Part shown: piece after piece, positions 9,013-18,570 of the stretch
Layout of the letters: every line of letters starts with the position of its first letter
How positions within the stretch are numbered: the stretch's first letter is position 1
Assembly (NCBI GenBank): GCA_965242525.1
Contig: OZ251459.1
Coordinates: 2,976,001-3,040,000 of the forward strand
Direction of reading: 5' to 3'
DNA from: an uncultured Candidatus Binatia bacterium
GTDB lineage: Bacteria > Desulfobacterota > Binatia > UBA9968 > JAJDTQ01
DNA length: 64,000 nt
Program-made: the position numbers and the translations under genes
The notes under the pieces: generated by a model
What the model was told of the DNA's origin: nothing
What the model saw: only the letters and a program-made list of their open reading frames with translations
The model's database searches: none

Positions 9013-10224
9013 TCAGAACGGGGTCCGGGTCTCCCTGCCGCTCGACTCCACGTAAACCTTCTCCGACTCGACCGGCTTGCCGTCGAGGCAGTCCTTGAGC
9101 CAATCCACGATGACGGTCCGCGCCGAAGGGTTGCGGATGGAATGGCGCTCGCCCTCGTACACGTAGAGGACCTTGGGACAGTCGGCCTCTTCCACCACCC
9201 CATGGACGAACTCGATGGGGCAGAGCTCGTCGTCCTCCCCCGCGGACACCAGGTAGGGACAGCGGATCCGGGCGGCCACCCCCTCCAGGGTCAGGGTCTT
9301 GCAGAACTCGTCGAACTCCGCCTCGTCGTCGTAGCCGGCCATGTACATGAAGTTGAGCTTGAAGGTGGGGGCCGCGGTGTTGAAGATGGTGTACTGGGTC
9401 GGCTCCAGGCACACGCCGGTGACCGCGCAGGCCTTGAAGCCCGGCTCCGCGGCCGCCATGCGCGTGCCCCAGTAGGAACCCATGCTGGAGCCGAACAACG
9501 CCACCCGGTCGCCGTCGATGTCCGGGCGGGTCTGCAAGTAGGCGTATGCGGCCCTGCCGCCCTCTTCGCAGTTGGAGGCGGTCACGGTGACGCCCCGCTC
9601 CCGGGTCTCGCCCTGGCCCGGCCCGTCGATGGAAAGGATGGCGAGACCCCGTTGCAGCAGCGGGTCCCCCATGAGCGGGTTGTCCTCCTTCACCCCGTCC
9701 ATCCCCGGCTGGTAGAGGACGCACGGCAGCCGCTCCCCCGGCGCCGGCCGGTACGGCAGGTGCAGCAGCGCCGCCATCCGCTTGCCTTCCAGCGGCAGGT
9801 CCACCCGTTCGATGGGGTGGTCGGCGAACCGGATGTAACGGTCGTAGCAGTCCCGCTTGCGCTCCGCCCAGGCCATGCGGTCCGGGTTGCCGTCCTCGAA
9901 GATCCCCCATTGGGCCGCGGTGTAGTAGGTGGCCGCCACGTAGTAGTGCTCCCGCGCCTCCACCGTGTGGCCCAGGTCCTCGGCCGCGCGCCCTTGCCGT
10001 TCGCGCTTCCCCGCGGCCCGGGAGAACTCCCGCGGGAAGTCGGTGAACTTCTGCACCCGCTGCCCGAGGCCGCGAAGCTCCCCGGCGATGCCCGGACCGC
10101 AGTTCCGCAGCATCTTGTGGGAACGCCCCTGGTCGAAGTCGAGGCCGCTCACCTTGATGACCTGGTCGAGTATCCAGCGTTGCTCCTGCCAGCGTTTCGT
10201 CTTCCTCTCGGTCCTGGCCCGCAT
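9013..10224 (-). CDS. Alpha/beta hydrolase, FrsA / 2,6-dihydroxypseudooxynicotine hydrolase-like
   Basis: GMDGVKE, DGPGQGE, GSSMG nucleophile elbow, GEDDELCP, terminal His. Confidence 0.8.
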   Translation of the reverse strand: MRARTERKTKRWQEQRWILDQVIKVSGLDFDQGRSHKMLRNCGPGIAGELRGLGQRVQKFTDFPREFSRAAGKRERQGRAAEDLGHTVEAREHYYVAATYYTAAQWGIFEDGNPDRMAWAERKRDCYDRYIRFADHPIERVDLPLEGKRMAALLHLPYRPAPGERLPCVLYQPGMDGVKEDNPLMGDPLLQRGLAILSIDGPGQGETRERGVTVTASNCEEGGRAAYAYLQTRPDIDGDRVALFGSSMGSYWGTRMAAAEPGFKACAVTGVCLEPTQYTIFNTAAPTFKLNFMYMAGYDDEAEFDEFCKTLTLEGVAARIRCPYLVSAGEDDELCPIEFVHGVVEEADCPKVLYVYEGERHSIRNPSARTVIVDWLKDCLDGKPVESEKVYVESSGRETRTPF

Positions 10225-10292
10225 GTGAAGTCCTCCTTTGCCGACCCGCGTCGCGGCGCGTGCGCGTGTTGACCGTCTCACCCCGTGTCTGT

Positions 10293-10417
10293 ATAGGAAA
10301 CCCTGAACATGGGCGAGGGCATTCCCTCACCTGACCCTTCCATCCCCGTTCGTCCTGAGCGTAGCGAAGCGAAGTCGAAGGACGGCGCTTCCCTTCCGGG
10401 ACCGTTCAGGGTTTATA
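10293..10417. mobile_element. MITE family B copy with terminal inverted repeats
   Basis: TAGGAAACCCTGAA ... TTCAGGGTTTATA enclosing GTTCGTCCTGAGCGTAGCGAAGCGAAGTCGAAGGAC. Confidence 0.75.
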
Positions 10418-10425
10418 CAACCATC

Positions 10426-11601
10426 ATGGAGGGACGCAACATCCGCCATCCGCGGACCGGCGAAAGGGCCTCGTCCGGCAGGGCCGCCTTGGCGGGCATG
10501 GCCGCGGCGCTCGCGTGCCTGCTCCTCGCGGCCCTGGCGCACGCGGCCTCCCTCGACGACGACTTCGTGGCCTCCGAACGCCACTGGGCCGTCACCGAGA
10601 CCAAGTTCGAGATCTCCCTCAAGCGTTTCCGTCTCAGGAAGACCACGCCCCGCCCGCGCCCCGTCATCCTCATGCACGGGCTGCTGGTGAACAGCCGTTT
10701 CCTCGACTTCAACGCGGACGCCAGCCTGGCGGAATACCTTGCCGAAGCCGGTTTCGACGTGTGGAACCTCTCCCTGCGCGGCACCGGCCGGAGCCTGAAC
10801 CCCCTGGGATGGGGCCACAGGCCCTGGACCCTGGACCACATGGTGTCCGAGGACCTCCCGGCCGCGGTCGCATACGTGCGCAAGGAGACCGGCAGCACGG
10901 AGGTCCTGGCGGTGGGATACGAGTTGGGCGCGCTCCTGGCCTTGGCCCACGTGGGCACGGCTTCCCGGGCGGCGAGTACGGTTACTCCGCAGGCCTTGGC
11001 CCGCGTGGGCAAGGCCCCGGAACACGCGGTGGCGGGGATCGTCAGCATCGCCGCGCCCATGTCCTTCGACGCTTCCGCACAGGAATGGCTCGACGTGCTG
11101 CTCACCCTGGAGCGCCACCCGACCCTGCGGGACGCCCTCTTCAACTGGAGCGGTCCCGGGATCCACAAACTGCTCTTGCTCGTGCCCGGGTTCGAAGACA
11201 TCTTCTACAACCCCGGGAACATGGCCCCGGAAGTCAAGGAAGAATTGCTGAACAGCCTGCTCACCCCGGTCAACCGCGGCGTGCTGGACCACCTGGCCGT
11301 CATGGTGGAGAACGGGGAGTTCGTATCCGCGGACGCCGCGACCAGCTACCGCGCCGCCCTGTCCGACATACGCATCCCCGTCCTCGTCCTGGGAGGCGCC
11401 GCAGACCCCATAGCGCCCCCCGAAGCCCTTCGCACCATCCACTCGGAACTCGCCTCCGAAGACCGCGAACTCACCATCGTCGAACCCGACAGCGACGAGG
11501 ACGGAAGCTACGGCCACTTCGACCTGATCCTCGGCCGCAACGCCAAGGCCGAAGTCTTCCCGGTAATTCGCACGTGGCTGGAAGCGCACGATGGGAAGTA
11601 G
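10426..11601 (+). CDS. Exported alpha/beta-hydrolase-fold protein (lipase/PhaC-like) with atypical nucleophile elbow
   Basis: Signal-like AAALACLLLAALAHA, PVILMHG, GFDVW..LRG, GYELG, GAADPI, YGHFDL; start could be 10498. Confidence 0.8.
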   Translation: MEGRNIRHPRTGERASSGRAALAGMAAALACLLLAALAHAASLDDDFVASERHWAVTETKFEISLKRFRLRKTTPRPRPVILMHGLLVNSRFLDFNADASLAEYLAEAGFDVWNLSLRGTGRSLNPLGWGHRPWTLDHMVSEDLPAAVAYVRKETGSTEVLAVGYELGALLALAHVGTASRAASTVTPQALARVGKAPEHAVAGIVSIAAPMSFDASAQEWLDVLLTLERHPTLRDALFNWSGPGIHKLLLLVPGFEDIFYNPGNMAPEVKEELLNSLLTPVNRGVLDHLAVMVENGEFVSADAATSYRAALSDIRIPVLVLGGAADPIAPPEALRTIHSELASEDRELTIVEPDSDEDGSYGHFDLILGRNAKAEVFPVIRTWLEAHDGK

Positions 11602-11725
11602 CGGCGCCGCGGATATGGTACGGGCGGATGGTATGGGTGGATCACAGGGCAGACCCTCGAACACGACGGCGTGGAGTGCCGTGCGCCTCCGGTGTGGAGG
11701 GACCACAGGCCACTGCGTCCTCCCG

Positions 11726-11847
11726 CGCCATTCCCGCAGACATCCAACCCTGTCATTCCTACAAACGCCCCCTCCCGTCGCAGACGCCCATCCCCCGTCA
11801 TTCCCGCAAACGCCCGCCCCCGTCATTCCCGCGAAAGCGGGAATCCA
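11726..11847. repeat. Array of degenerate family A half-sites ending in a full REP
   Basis: Repeated GTCATTCC(C/T) units at roughly 20-25 bp spacing. Confidence 0.75.
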
Positions 11848-11876
11848 TTTGACGGCGAGTCGCCAAGAGGACTAAG

Positions 11877-12068
11877 ATGAAAACGAACGACAAGAACTCG
11901 AACCCGGAAGACGAGAAGAAAGTCATAGACCTGGAGATCGAACTGAACGAAGAAGGGGAGTTGTTGGCGAGAATGCCCCTGGACGACGGTTACATAGAGT
12001 TCGATTGGGATGCCTTGGTGAACATGGAGGAGGTTTTCAAGGAATTGTTGGAGGAAGAGGGCTGTTAA
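11877..12068 (+). CDS. Small acidic hypothetical protein
   Basis: 63-aa ORF with GAGGA RBS. Confidence 0.5.
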   Translation: MKTNDKNSNPEDEKKVIDLEIELNEEGELLARMPLDDGYIEFDWDALVNMEEVFKELLEEEGC

Positions 12069-12111
12069 GGTTCTCAAAAACAGAGACCACCACAATAGAA
12101 AGAACTGCGTA

Positions 12112-12858
12112 ATGGCGAACTTGATCGAATACTTGAAGAAGTTCAATCGCAAGGAGCGGTATTGGCTGCTCTATAACGCTTTAGAGCACGATTCCGACAC
12201 CCTCCGTAGAACACAGAATCTGGAAGTGTTTGGTCCGGAGTTTGTGTACGAAGACAACGGCCCGTTCATTCTTTCTGCCAACTTCCGTAAAAAGCTGGAG
12301 GGTAAGCTTGAACCGAAAGTCCCTATTCCACCAGATGCGTTCGTGGCGATGGACTACCATTTCGACTGGATCACAATGGCGCTCTTCTCAGCAAGCAACC
12401 CTGACAAGGCGTCGGGGGACTCAATCGATATTGAGGGATCAGGGGTATTCAAAGAGGAACTCAAGAAGGTCAACAATAGCCAACAAGACATTGACTTGCT
12501 CGTTGCATTCAGGAACGGCGGCAAGAACCACCTTATCTTGATTGAGGCAAAGGCAGACACCCCATGGAGCAACGAACAACTAAAGAAGAAGGCGAAACGC
12601 CTGAAAATTTTCGATAAGGAGGAAATTCGCGCAAACTGCGAATCTCACTTTATCTTGATGTCGCCGACAAAACCTAAAAAATTAGATGTCGAATGGCCAG
12701 AATGGATGAACGATGGTAAGATGAAGACCGACAAGAAGCCGCACTGGCTTCAACTGGACCTGGATGAGCGCTACCAAGTTGAACGGCAACCCAAGGGAGG
12801 GGGGCGGAATTACACTCATATACAAGTTAAACGTATCCCGAAGAACCAGACAGGATGA
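12112..12858 (+). CDS. Hypothetical protein, PD-(D/E)xK nuclease-like
   Basis: QQDIDLLVAF...LILIEAK; AT-richer than flanks. Confidence 0.6.
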   Translation: MANLIEYLKKFNRKERYWLLYNALEHDSDTLRRTQNLEVFGPEFVYEDNGPFILSANFRKKLEGKLEPKVPIPPDAFVAMDYHFDWITMALFSASNPDKASGDSIDIEGSGVFKEELKKVNNSQQDIDLLVAFRNGGKNHLILIEAKADTPWSNEQLKKKAKRLKIFDKEEIRANCESHFILMSPTKPKKLDVEWPEWMNDGKMKTDKKPHWLQLDLDERYQVERQPKGGGRNYTHIQVKRIPKNQTG

Positions 12859-12895
12859 GGGTAACAGCGGTCCTACGAGAAAGAGACGCCCACGG

Positions 12896-13008
12896 CTGAA
12901 AGGACACCATGAGAATCTGCATCCCCCGAGGCACGCAGGAGATCGGCGGCACGTGCATCGAGATCGAGGTGCAGAGCAAGCGCATCATCTTGCACCTCGG
13001 CCTTCCGC
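12896..13008 (+). pseudogene. 5' stub of MBL-fold hydrolase gene (near-copy of 14786-14898)
   Basis: MRICIPRGTQEIGGTCIEIEVQSKRIILHLGLP versus MKICIHRGTQEIGGTCIEIEAQGKRIVLDLGLP, same RBS CTGAAAGGACACC. Confidence 0.85.
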
Positions 13009-13162
13009 CCACGTTGAATTCACCTATGGTGAACAGGATATGGGATTCTTTGGCGTCAAGAGAAAACTACATCAAATCATATCCTGATAGATCGTCTTGT
13101 CCACGCATGGCGAGATGAAAGGCAGTAGGGCTTGGAGCCTGACTAACCAGAGGAGTGTTGAA

Positions 13163-13624
13163 ATGAAAGGGTTGCTGGCGTTGGCGTTGATGGTGGCGTT
13201 GCTGGCCATCGGGAACACTGCCGCAGCGGGTCCCTTGGGGGTCAGCATGGGAGACCCCTTGAAGCCGGATGAAGGATGGAATCAGGGAGGCTTCGGGGCG
13301 GAAAGCAAAGAGTATAAGGGAACCTTTCCTTTCTATGAGCTATCTGTGGAAGGGACGCGGGACGGTGGGGCTTGTGCGGTTATGGCCGTGGGATGGAAAG
13401 AGGCACGGGAGACCTACAAGAACTTGCGGGAACGCCTGTCGAGAAAGTACGGGGAACCGTCTTCGGAAGGACAGCATGACGCCGGATGGAGACTGCGGGG
13501 GAACCCGGACAAAATCAGTTCAATTGCCCTCTGGTTTAAGTCGTCATTGTTCTCGACAGTCCACCTACAGTACCGTTTCGAGAACCATCTACAATGCCAG
13601 AATGCCAAGGAAACCGAACTGTAA
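13163..13624 (+). CDS. Secreted hypothetical protein
   Basis: AGGAG RBS, signal peptide MKGLLALALMVALLAIGNTAAA. Confidence 0.65.
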   Translation: MKGLLALALMVALLAIGNTAAAGPLGVSMGDPLKPDEGWNQGGFGAESKEYKGTFPFYELSVEGTRDGGACAVMAVGWKEARETYKNLRERLSRKYGEPSSEGQHDAGWRLRGNPDKISSIALWFKSSLFSTVHLQYRFENHLQCQNAKETEL

Positions 13625-13743
13625 ACCCGAAGACGCCGCCCACGCTTCCCCACGGCGCTCAGGGGCGGACCCCCGGAGACCGCGCCCGCGAGGTCCCCAG
13701 ATGGCCGATTCCCCTTGACAAGGACGAGTGGGCTTATGTAGAA

Positions 13744-13764
13744 GGCTCTTCCGGCTTTCGTGTG
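13744..13764 (+). repeat. Solo IS-end-like motif GGCTCTTCCGGCTTTCGTGTG
   Basis: Matches 2596-2616 and 47492-47512. Confidence 0.7.
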
Positions 13765-13898
13765 AGTAAGGTAGGAGCTTGATCTTGCGATTCTGAGCCA
13801 TCGGTATGATCTAGCGTATGCGAGGCAATTCGAGCAGGACTTGACGACGGGTAGAACGCATATGGTCAGCAAGGAGGAGTGCTGGAAAGGAGTTCGTT

Positions 13899-14747
13899 GT
13901 GAGTAAATTCAATCGTCATCTCACCCCTGGTTTCGTAGAGGCATTGAATCGTGAATACGAGAAAACAGATAGTTGGTGGCGTCGCTTTGTGGACGACAAG
14001 GATCTATTCGTTGCCATCCGTAATAACTATCTCGACGTTTACTATTGTGGTGTGAGGATTTTGGGAAATCTTCAATGGAGAAAGAAAACCCTAAGATCAG
14101 AGATTCACTACAAATACCTCCGAGATCCGGATAGTGACTACGTTTACGTCATTGATGGCAGGCCCGAGATCAGCACTCTCAAAAATGCCATTGAACGCCA
14201 TCAAGACGGCAAGAAGCAAGAGAAAGCCGGGGTCCATGACATCATTCTAAGAAATTCAAACAGCGCCTTGGACGTCGAAGTGGCAATCCCTGAAGAAAAG
14301 TCCCGCATTGACTTCACAGCTATCCAGGAAACAGACATCGGCCTCACCATTGTTTTTTACGAAGCCAAAATTACTGATAGCGATGAACTTCGGACTAACT
14401 CAGGTGATCCCAAAGTCTTGCGTCAGATGAGACGATATGAGCATCTACTGGAAACACATGAGAAATACATTACCAATAGCTACCGCGAAGTTTGCAAGAA
14501 CCTCTACGACCTGAACGGACTTGCTGAACGACACCCTAAGCGTCATGCAATCCTGAAAGAAGTTGCAAACCGACCGAAAACGCTATCTATCGATCCTCAA
14601 CCCAGATTGGTCGTGTTTGGAAAACTCGGGGAAAATAGACAGCCTAAATCCTGGATACCCCACCGAGAACGACTTGAAAAAGAGCTTGAAAGCAGAGTGC
14701 TCTTCCGAGACGACCCCAAGCAGATTATTCTTCCCAAATCTGCGTAG
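13899..14747 (+). CDS. Hypothetical protein, PD-(D/E)xK nuclease-like
   Basis: LDVEVA...RIDF...VFYEAK...Q...Y; GTG start after AAGGAG. Confidence 0.65.
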   Translation: MSKFNRHLTPGFVEALNREYEKTDSWWRRFVDDKDLFVAIRNNYLDVYYCGVRILGNLQWRKKTLRSEIHYKYLRDPDSDYVYVIDGRPEISTLKNAIERHQDGKKQEKAGVHDIILRNSNSALDVEVAIPEEKSRIDFTAIQETDIGLTIVFYEAKITDSDELRTNSGDPKVLRQMRRYEHLLETHEKYITNSYREVCKNLYDLNGLAERHPKRHAILKEVANRPKTLSIDPQPRLVVFGKLGENRQPKSWIPHRERLEKELESRVLFRDDPKQIILPKSA

Positions 14748-14798
14748 AACCAGAGTGGCAAACCTATTCTATCTTCGATCCGCGTCTGAAAGGACACC

Positions 14799-16049
14799 AT
14801 GAAAATCTGCATCCACCGAGGCACGCAGGAGATCGGCGGCACGTGCATCGAGATCGAGGCGCAGGGCAAGCGCATCGTCCTGGACCTTGGCCTTCCGCTC
14901 GATGCTCCCGACCGGGAGCCGCACGAAGACCTGCTGCCGCAGGTCCCGGGCTTCACCGAGCCCGACGACAGCCTGTTGGGGCTGCTGATCTCCCACCCCC
15001 ACCTGGACCACTACGGTCTGGCGCGGCGCGTCCGTCCGGAGTTGCCGGTTTACATCGGCAAGGACGCGCACGGCATCATGAAGGCCGCCAGCGCCTATGT
15101 GCCCGATGGCCACTCGTTCGCGGACCCGCGCTTTCTACAGAACAGGATCCCCGTGGAAATCGGCCCGTTTCGCGTCACGCCCCGTCTCGTGGACCACAGC
15201 GCCTTCGACGCCTACGCCCTGCTCGTCGAAGCCGACGGCAAGCGCGTCTATTACTCCGGCGACTTCCGCGGCCACGGCCGCAAGGCGGCCCTGTTCGCGG
15301 GGATGGTGCGCCATCCGCCCGGGAACATCGACGTCCTCCTCATGGAGGGAACCACCATCGGACGCACGGGATCGGAGGAAGGGTTCGCTACCGAGGCCGA
15401 CCTCGAGAACGAGTTCCGCCATGCCTTCAGGCAAACCCGCGGGATTCATTTCGTCTGGACCTCGTCGCAGAACATCGACCGCCTGGTGACGGTGTTTCGA
15501 GCGGCCAAACGATCGGGACGAGTGCTCGTCGTCGATCTCTACACCGCGGTCGTGCTCGAAGCGACGGGTCGAGACAGCATCCCACAGTCCGATTGGCCCG
15601 AGGTCAGGGTCTATACTCCGTATCGCCAGCAGCGGCTCATCAAGGAAAGGGAGTTGTTCGCCGACCTCGGGCGACACGGCGCGAACCGCATCTACCGAGA
15701 GGACCTGCCCGGCCTGAAGGGACGCGCCGTGATGCTCTTTCGCCCGATGACGATGTATGACCAGGGCGTCAAGAACGTACTCGACGGCGCCAGGTTCACC
15801 TATTCCATGTGGCAGGGTTACCTGAAGGACGAGACCGGACAGAAAGTCAGGAAGTGGCTGGAGGACAACGACATCCCCTTGCAAACGATCCACACCTCCG
15901 GTCACGCTTCGGTGGCCGACCTGCGGCGCTTCGCGTCCGCCCTCGCCCCTCGCCGCCTGGTCCCGATCCATTCCTTCGAGACCGCCCGGTTCGGGGAGTT
16001 CTTCGCCAACGTGTCCCAACAGGAAGACGGCGTCTGGTGGGACGTCTGA
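14799..16049 (+). CDS. MBL-fold metallo-hydrolase, RNase J/beta-CASP-like
   Basis: EIGGTC, ISHPHLDH, VDHS, YSGDFRGHG, HTSGHA, PIH. Confidence 0.9.
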   Translation: MKICIHRGTQEIGGTCIEIEAQGKRIVLDLGLPLDAPDREPHEDLLPQVPGFTEPDDSLLGLLISHPHLDHYGLARRVRPELPVYIGKDAHGIMKAASAYVPDGHSFADPRFLQNRIPVEIGPFRVTPRLVDHSAFDAYALLVEADGKRVYYSGDFRGHGRKAALFAGMVRHPPGNIDVLLMEGTTIGRTGSEEGFATEADLENEFRHAFRQTRGIHFVWTSSQNIDRLVTVFRAAKRSGRVLVVDLYTAVVLEATGRDSIPQSDWPEVRVYTPYRQQRLIKERELFADLGRHGANRIYREDLPGLKGRAVMLFRPMTMYDQGVKNVLDGARFTYSMWQGYLKDETGQKVRKWLEDNDIPLQTIHTSGHASVADLRRFASALAPRRLVPIHSFETARFGEFFANVSQQEDGVWWDV

Positions 16050-16060
16050 CGAAGATCGGC

Positions 16061-17491
16061 TCAACGAAGTTCAACCCTGATCTGCTCCGCCTTGTCCACT
16101 GCCCTCTTTTGCGCGAACACGGCCTTGTCCCTGTCCCTCATCCAACCGGACTTGCGGTTCTCGTCCACGAGCCCGCGCAACGTCAACTGCGCCCGCTTTC
16201 GTCCATTGCACGGACGACACAGCAAGATCCGATTGGTTATGTCGTTGGGACCTCCGGCCGCCCTCGGCCTGATATGATCCAACTCCATGAACTCCGCCTC
16301 CAACTCCCTCCCGCAACCCGCACAACCGACCAGCCCCTCCCTCACCCGCTGCGCCTCCAGCAAGTGCTCCATGATTTCATGCCGGGACAACCGCTCCCAG
16401 CGGTAGAGCAACTTTCGTTTCCTGGTAACGGTCGCCAGGAACGGAACCGCCTCGTTGCCGTCGTCCGTCCGTTCGGGGATCTCCCTGGAGTAGGTGACCT
16501 GGCCTTCCACGATCAGATTCCCGCCCGTATCGCCATCCAGTCCGGACAATCCCTCGCCCTTCAACCTCTTGATCATCGTCTCATGCGCCTCGTTCCATAT
16601 GTCGATTCCCACCCACTGGCGCCCCAACCGCTCGGCCGCCACCAGCGTCGTCGCACATCCACAAAACGGATCGAGAACGACACACCTCTCGTTGCTGGAC
16701 GCCTTGATGATCCGCTCGTACAGGGCGACCGGCTTCTGGGTGGGATAGCCGACCCTTTGCGGATCTTTTTGTTGCATATGGGTGATATCGGTCCAAACAT
16801 CGAAAGGCGTCATTTTCTCATCGTCGTAATACTTGTAAACCTTTCCCGCTGATTTGATGCTCCAATAACCTCTCCCGTCAGGATCTTCTCCCCGTTTCAT
16901 GTTGTTCCGCCTTTGACTGCCGCGCAGAACCCCAACGGCATCCGGGTTGAAAAACCAAGTCTTGCTTTTCGTGTAAAACAGGATGTTGTCATGCTTCTTC
17001 GAGAACAGCCGTTTTTGACGCCCGCCGCTCTGGTAGTGCCAGACAACCTCGTTCCGAAAATTCTTCCATCCGAAGATCGCGTCCATGACCGCCTTCAAAT
17101 AGTGGGAGGCCGTCGGATCGCAATGCAGGTAGATGCTCCCGTCTTCTCTCAAAACCCGCCGCATCTCCAGCAACCGGACCGCCATGAAGCACATGTAAGC
17201 GCCCATTCCGTCGGAATGGGCATACCGGGCGCTCTCTATCGCCTCCATCAACTTCGGGAAGTCGTCCTTGAGCTGGTCAACCCAATCCTGATGAACGTCC
17301 CGCTCCCAGGACCACCGATCCTGGAACGACGCTCCCGAAGCCAGGCTGTCCGGCGTCGCATGGAAGTCCCGGTTCTTGTTGAACGGGGGGTCTGTCGCAA
17401 TCAAATGAACCGACTCGCTGTTCATCCCCCGCAAAAACCCCAAGTTGTCCCCGTGAAACAACGTCCGGTTTCGCCAGTTCGGTTCACCCAC
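16061..17491 (-). CDS. N6A/N4C DNA methyltransferase fused to C-terminal HNH endonuclease
   Basis: GDNL, DPPF, YPTQKP, DPFCGCATT; C-terminal CAGC...DHIRP...GG...N...LCRPCN; GTG start after GGAGG. Confidence 0.88.
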   Translation of the reverse strand: MGEPNWRNRTLFHGDNLGFLRGMNSESVHLIATDPPFNKNRDFHATPDSLASGASFQDRWSWERDVHQDWVDQLKDDFPKLMEAIESARYAHSDGMGAYMCFMAVRLLEMRRVLREDGSIYLHCDPTASHYLKAVMDAIFGWKNFRNEVVWHYQSGGRQKRLFSKKHDNILFYTKSKTWFFNPDAVGVLRGSQRRNNMKRGEDPDGRGYWSIKSAGKVYKYYDDEKMTPFDVWTDITHMQQKDPQRVGYPTQKPVALYERIIKASSNERCVVLDPFCGCATTLVAAERLGRQWVGIDIWNEAHETMIKRLKGEGLSGLDGDTGGNLIVEGQVTYSREIPERTDDGNEAVPFLATVTRKRKLLYRWERLSRHEIMEHLLEAQRVREGLVGCAGCGRELEAEFMELDHIRPRAAGGPNDITNRILLCRPCNGRKRAQLTLRGLVDENRKSGWMRDRDKAVFAQKRAVDKAEQIRVELR

Positions 17492-17529
17492 GTCGTTCCC
17501 TCCGTATTGTTCCCTGTCCGGTGACGCAA

Positions 17530-17720
17530 CCGCTGCCCGTTCCTGTCCCGTTGACGCGCTCCGTCCCGTCCGCGTACCCCTCGACCGGGACTCGACCTGC
17601 CAGTGGTTCCGCAACCACGATAAACCACGCGGGGGTCCGTGTAAACCGTCGCCCCCGGCGCCGTCCGCCTCCGAACGAAACCCTGGAGGCCTCCCCGTCC
17701 GTCCTGTCCCCCAAGCCGAA
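17530..17720 (-). mobile_element. IS1595-family transposase remnant
   Basis: Minus frame reads LQGFVRRRTAPGATVYTD, resembling the IS1595 DDE region; frames broken. Confidence 0.55.
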
Positions 17721-17801
17721 TTCTTGGAGCTAAAGAACGGCGCCCTGCGGCCGACCATTCCTTCAAGGGACCCTGAACGAAGGTCCCGTTGGTCAGCCGC
17801 A

Positions 17802-18560
17802 ATGAGCGCACTGGAACAAGCGTGGGGGCTTCCGCTCTTCGTTCTCGGAACCTGCTTCGGGAGCTTCCTGAACGTCTGCATCACGCGCCTGCCCGCGGGG
17901 GAGTCCGTGGTCTTCCCCGCGTCCCGGTGCCGCGACTGCAATGCGCGGGTTCCCGGCTGGGCCAACGTCCCGTTGATGGGCTACGTCCTGTTGCGCGCCC
18001 GGTGCGCGCATTGCCGCGCGCCCATCTCCCTCCGCTACTTCCTGGTCGAACTGGCCGCCGGGGTCCTGGCGCTGGCGCTGCGCCGCCGGTTCGGCCTGGG
18101 CAGGCCGTTCTGGGCCTACTTCCCGTTCACCGGCGCGCTGCTGGCGGCTGCGGTCATCGACTTCGAGACCGGGATCATCCCCGACGCCATCAGCGTGTGG
18201 GGCACGGCCGCGGGGTTGCTGCTGTCGTGGTGCGCGCCTGCGCTCTCGATCCACGGCTTTCCCTCTCCGCTCGGCTCCCTCCTGGGCGCGCTGCTCGGCG
18301 GAGGCGCGTTGTGGGCCGCGGCCCGCGGCTACCGCGCCGCCACCGGCAGGGACGGCATGGGCGGCGGGGACGTGAAGTTGCTGGCGATGATCGGAGCCTT
18401 CGTGGGCTGGAACGGCGTCCCCGGCGTCCTCCTGGTCAGCGCCCTCACCGGCTCCCTGTGGGGCGCGGGGCTCATGGTCCTCCGGAAGGACGCGTCCCTG
18501 ACCACGCCGTTGCCGTTCGCCCCGTTCCTGTGCGCGGGAGCGCTGTGCCGGGTGCTCTGA
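17802..18560 (+). CDS. pilD: Prepilin peptidase
   Basis: GSFLNVCITRLP, SRC..C and C..C zinc motifs, IIPD, GMGGGDVKL, PFAPFL. Confidence 0.93.
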   Translation: MSALEQAWGLPLFVLGTCFGSFLNVCITRLPAGESVVFPASRCRDCNARVPGWANVPLMGYVLLRARCAHCRAPISLRYFLVELAAGVLALALRRRFGLGRPFWAYFPFTGALLAAAVIDFETGIIPDAISVWGTAAGLLLSWCAPALSIHGFPSPLGSLLGALLGGGALWAAARGYRAATGRDGMGGGDVKLLAMIGAFVGWNGVPGVLLVSALTGSLWGAGLMVLRKDASLTTPLPFAPFLCAGALCRVL

Positions 18561-18570
18561 AGGACCGGCC

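Noticed and set aside
11726-11847. Possible CRISPR array (also 39476-39645 and 56925-57060)
   Set aside because: Units are degenerate REP-derived repeats without unique spacers, and no cas genes are present
12896-14898. DGR template/variable repeat pair
   Set aside because: Mismatches are not confined to adenines and no reverse transcriptase is present
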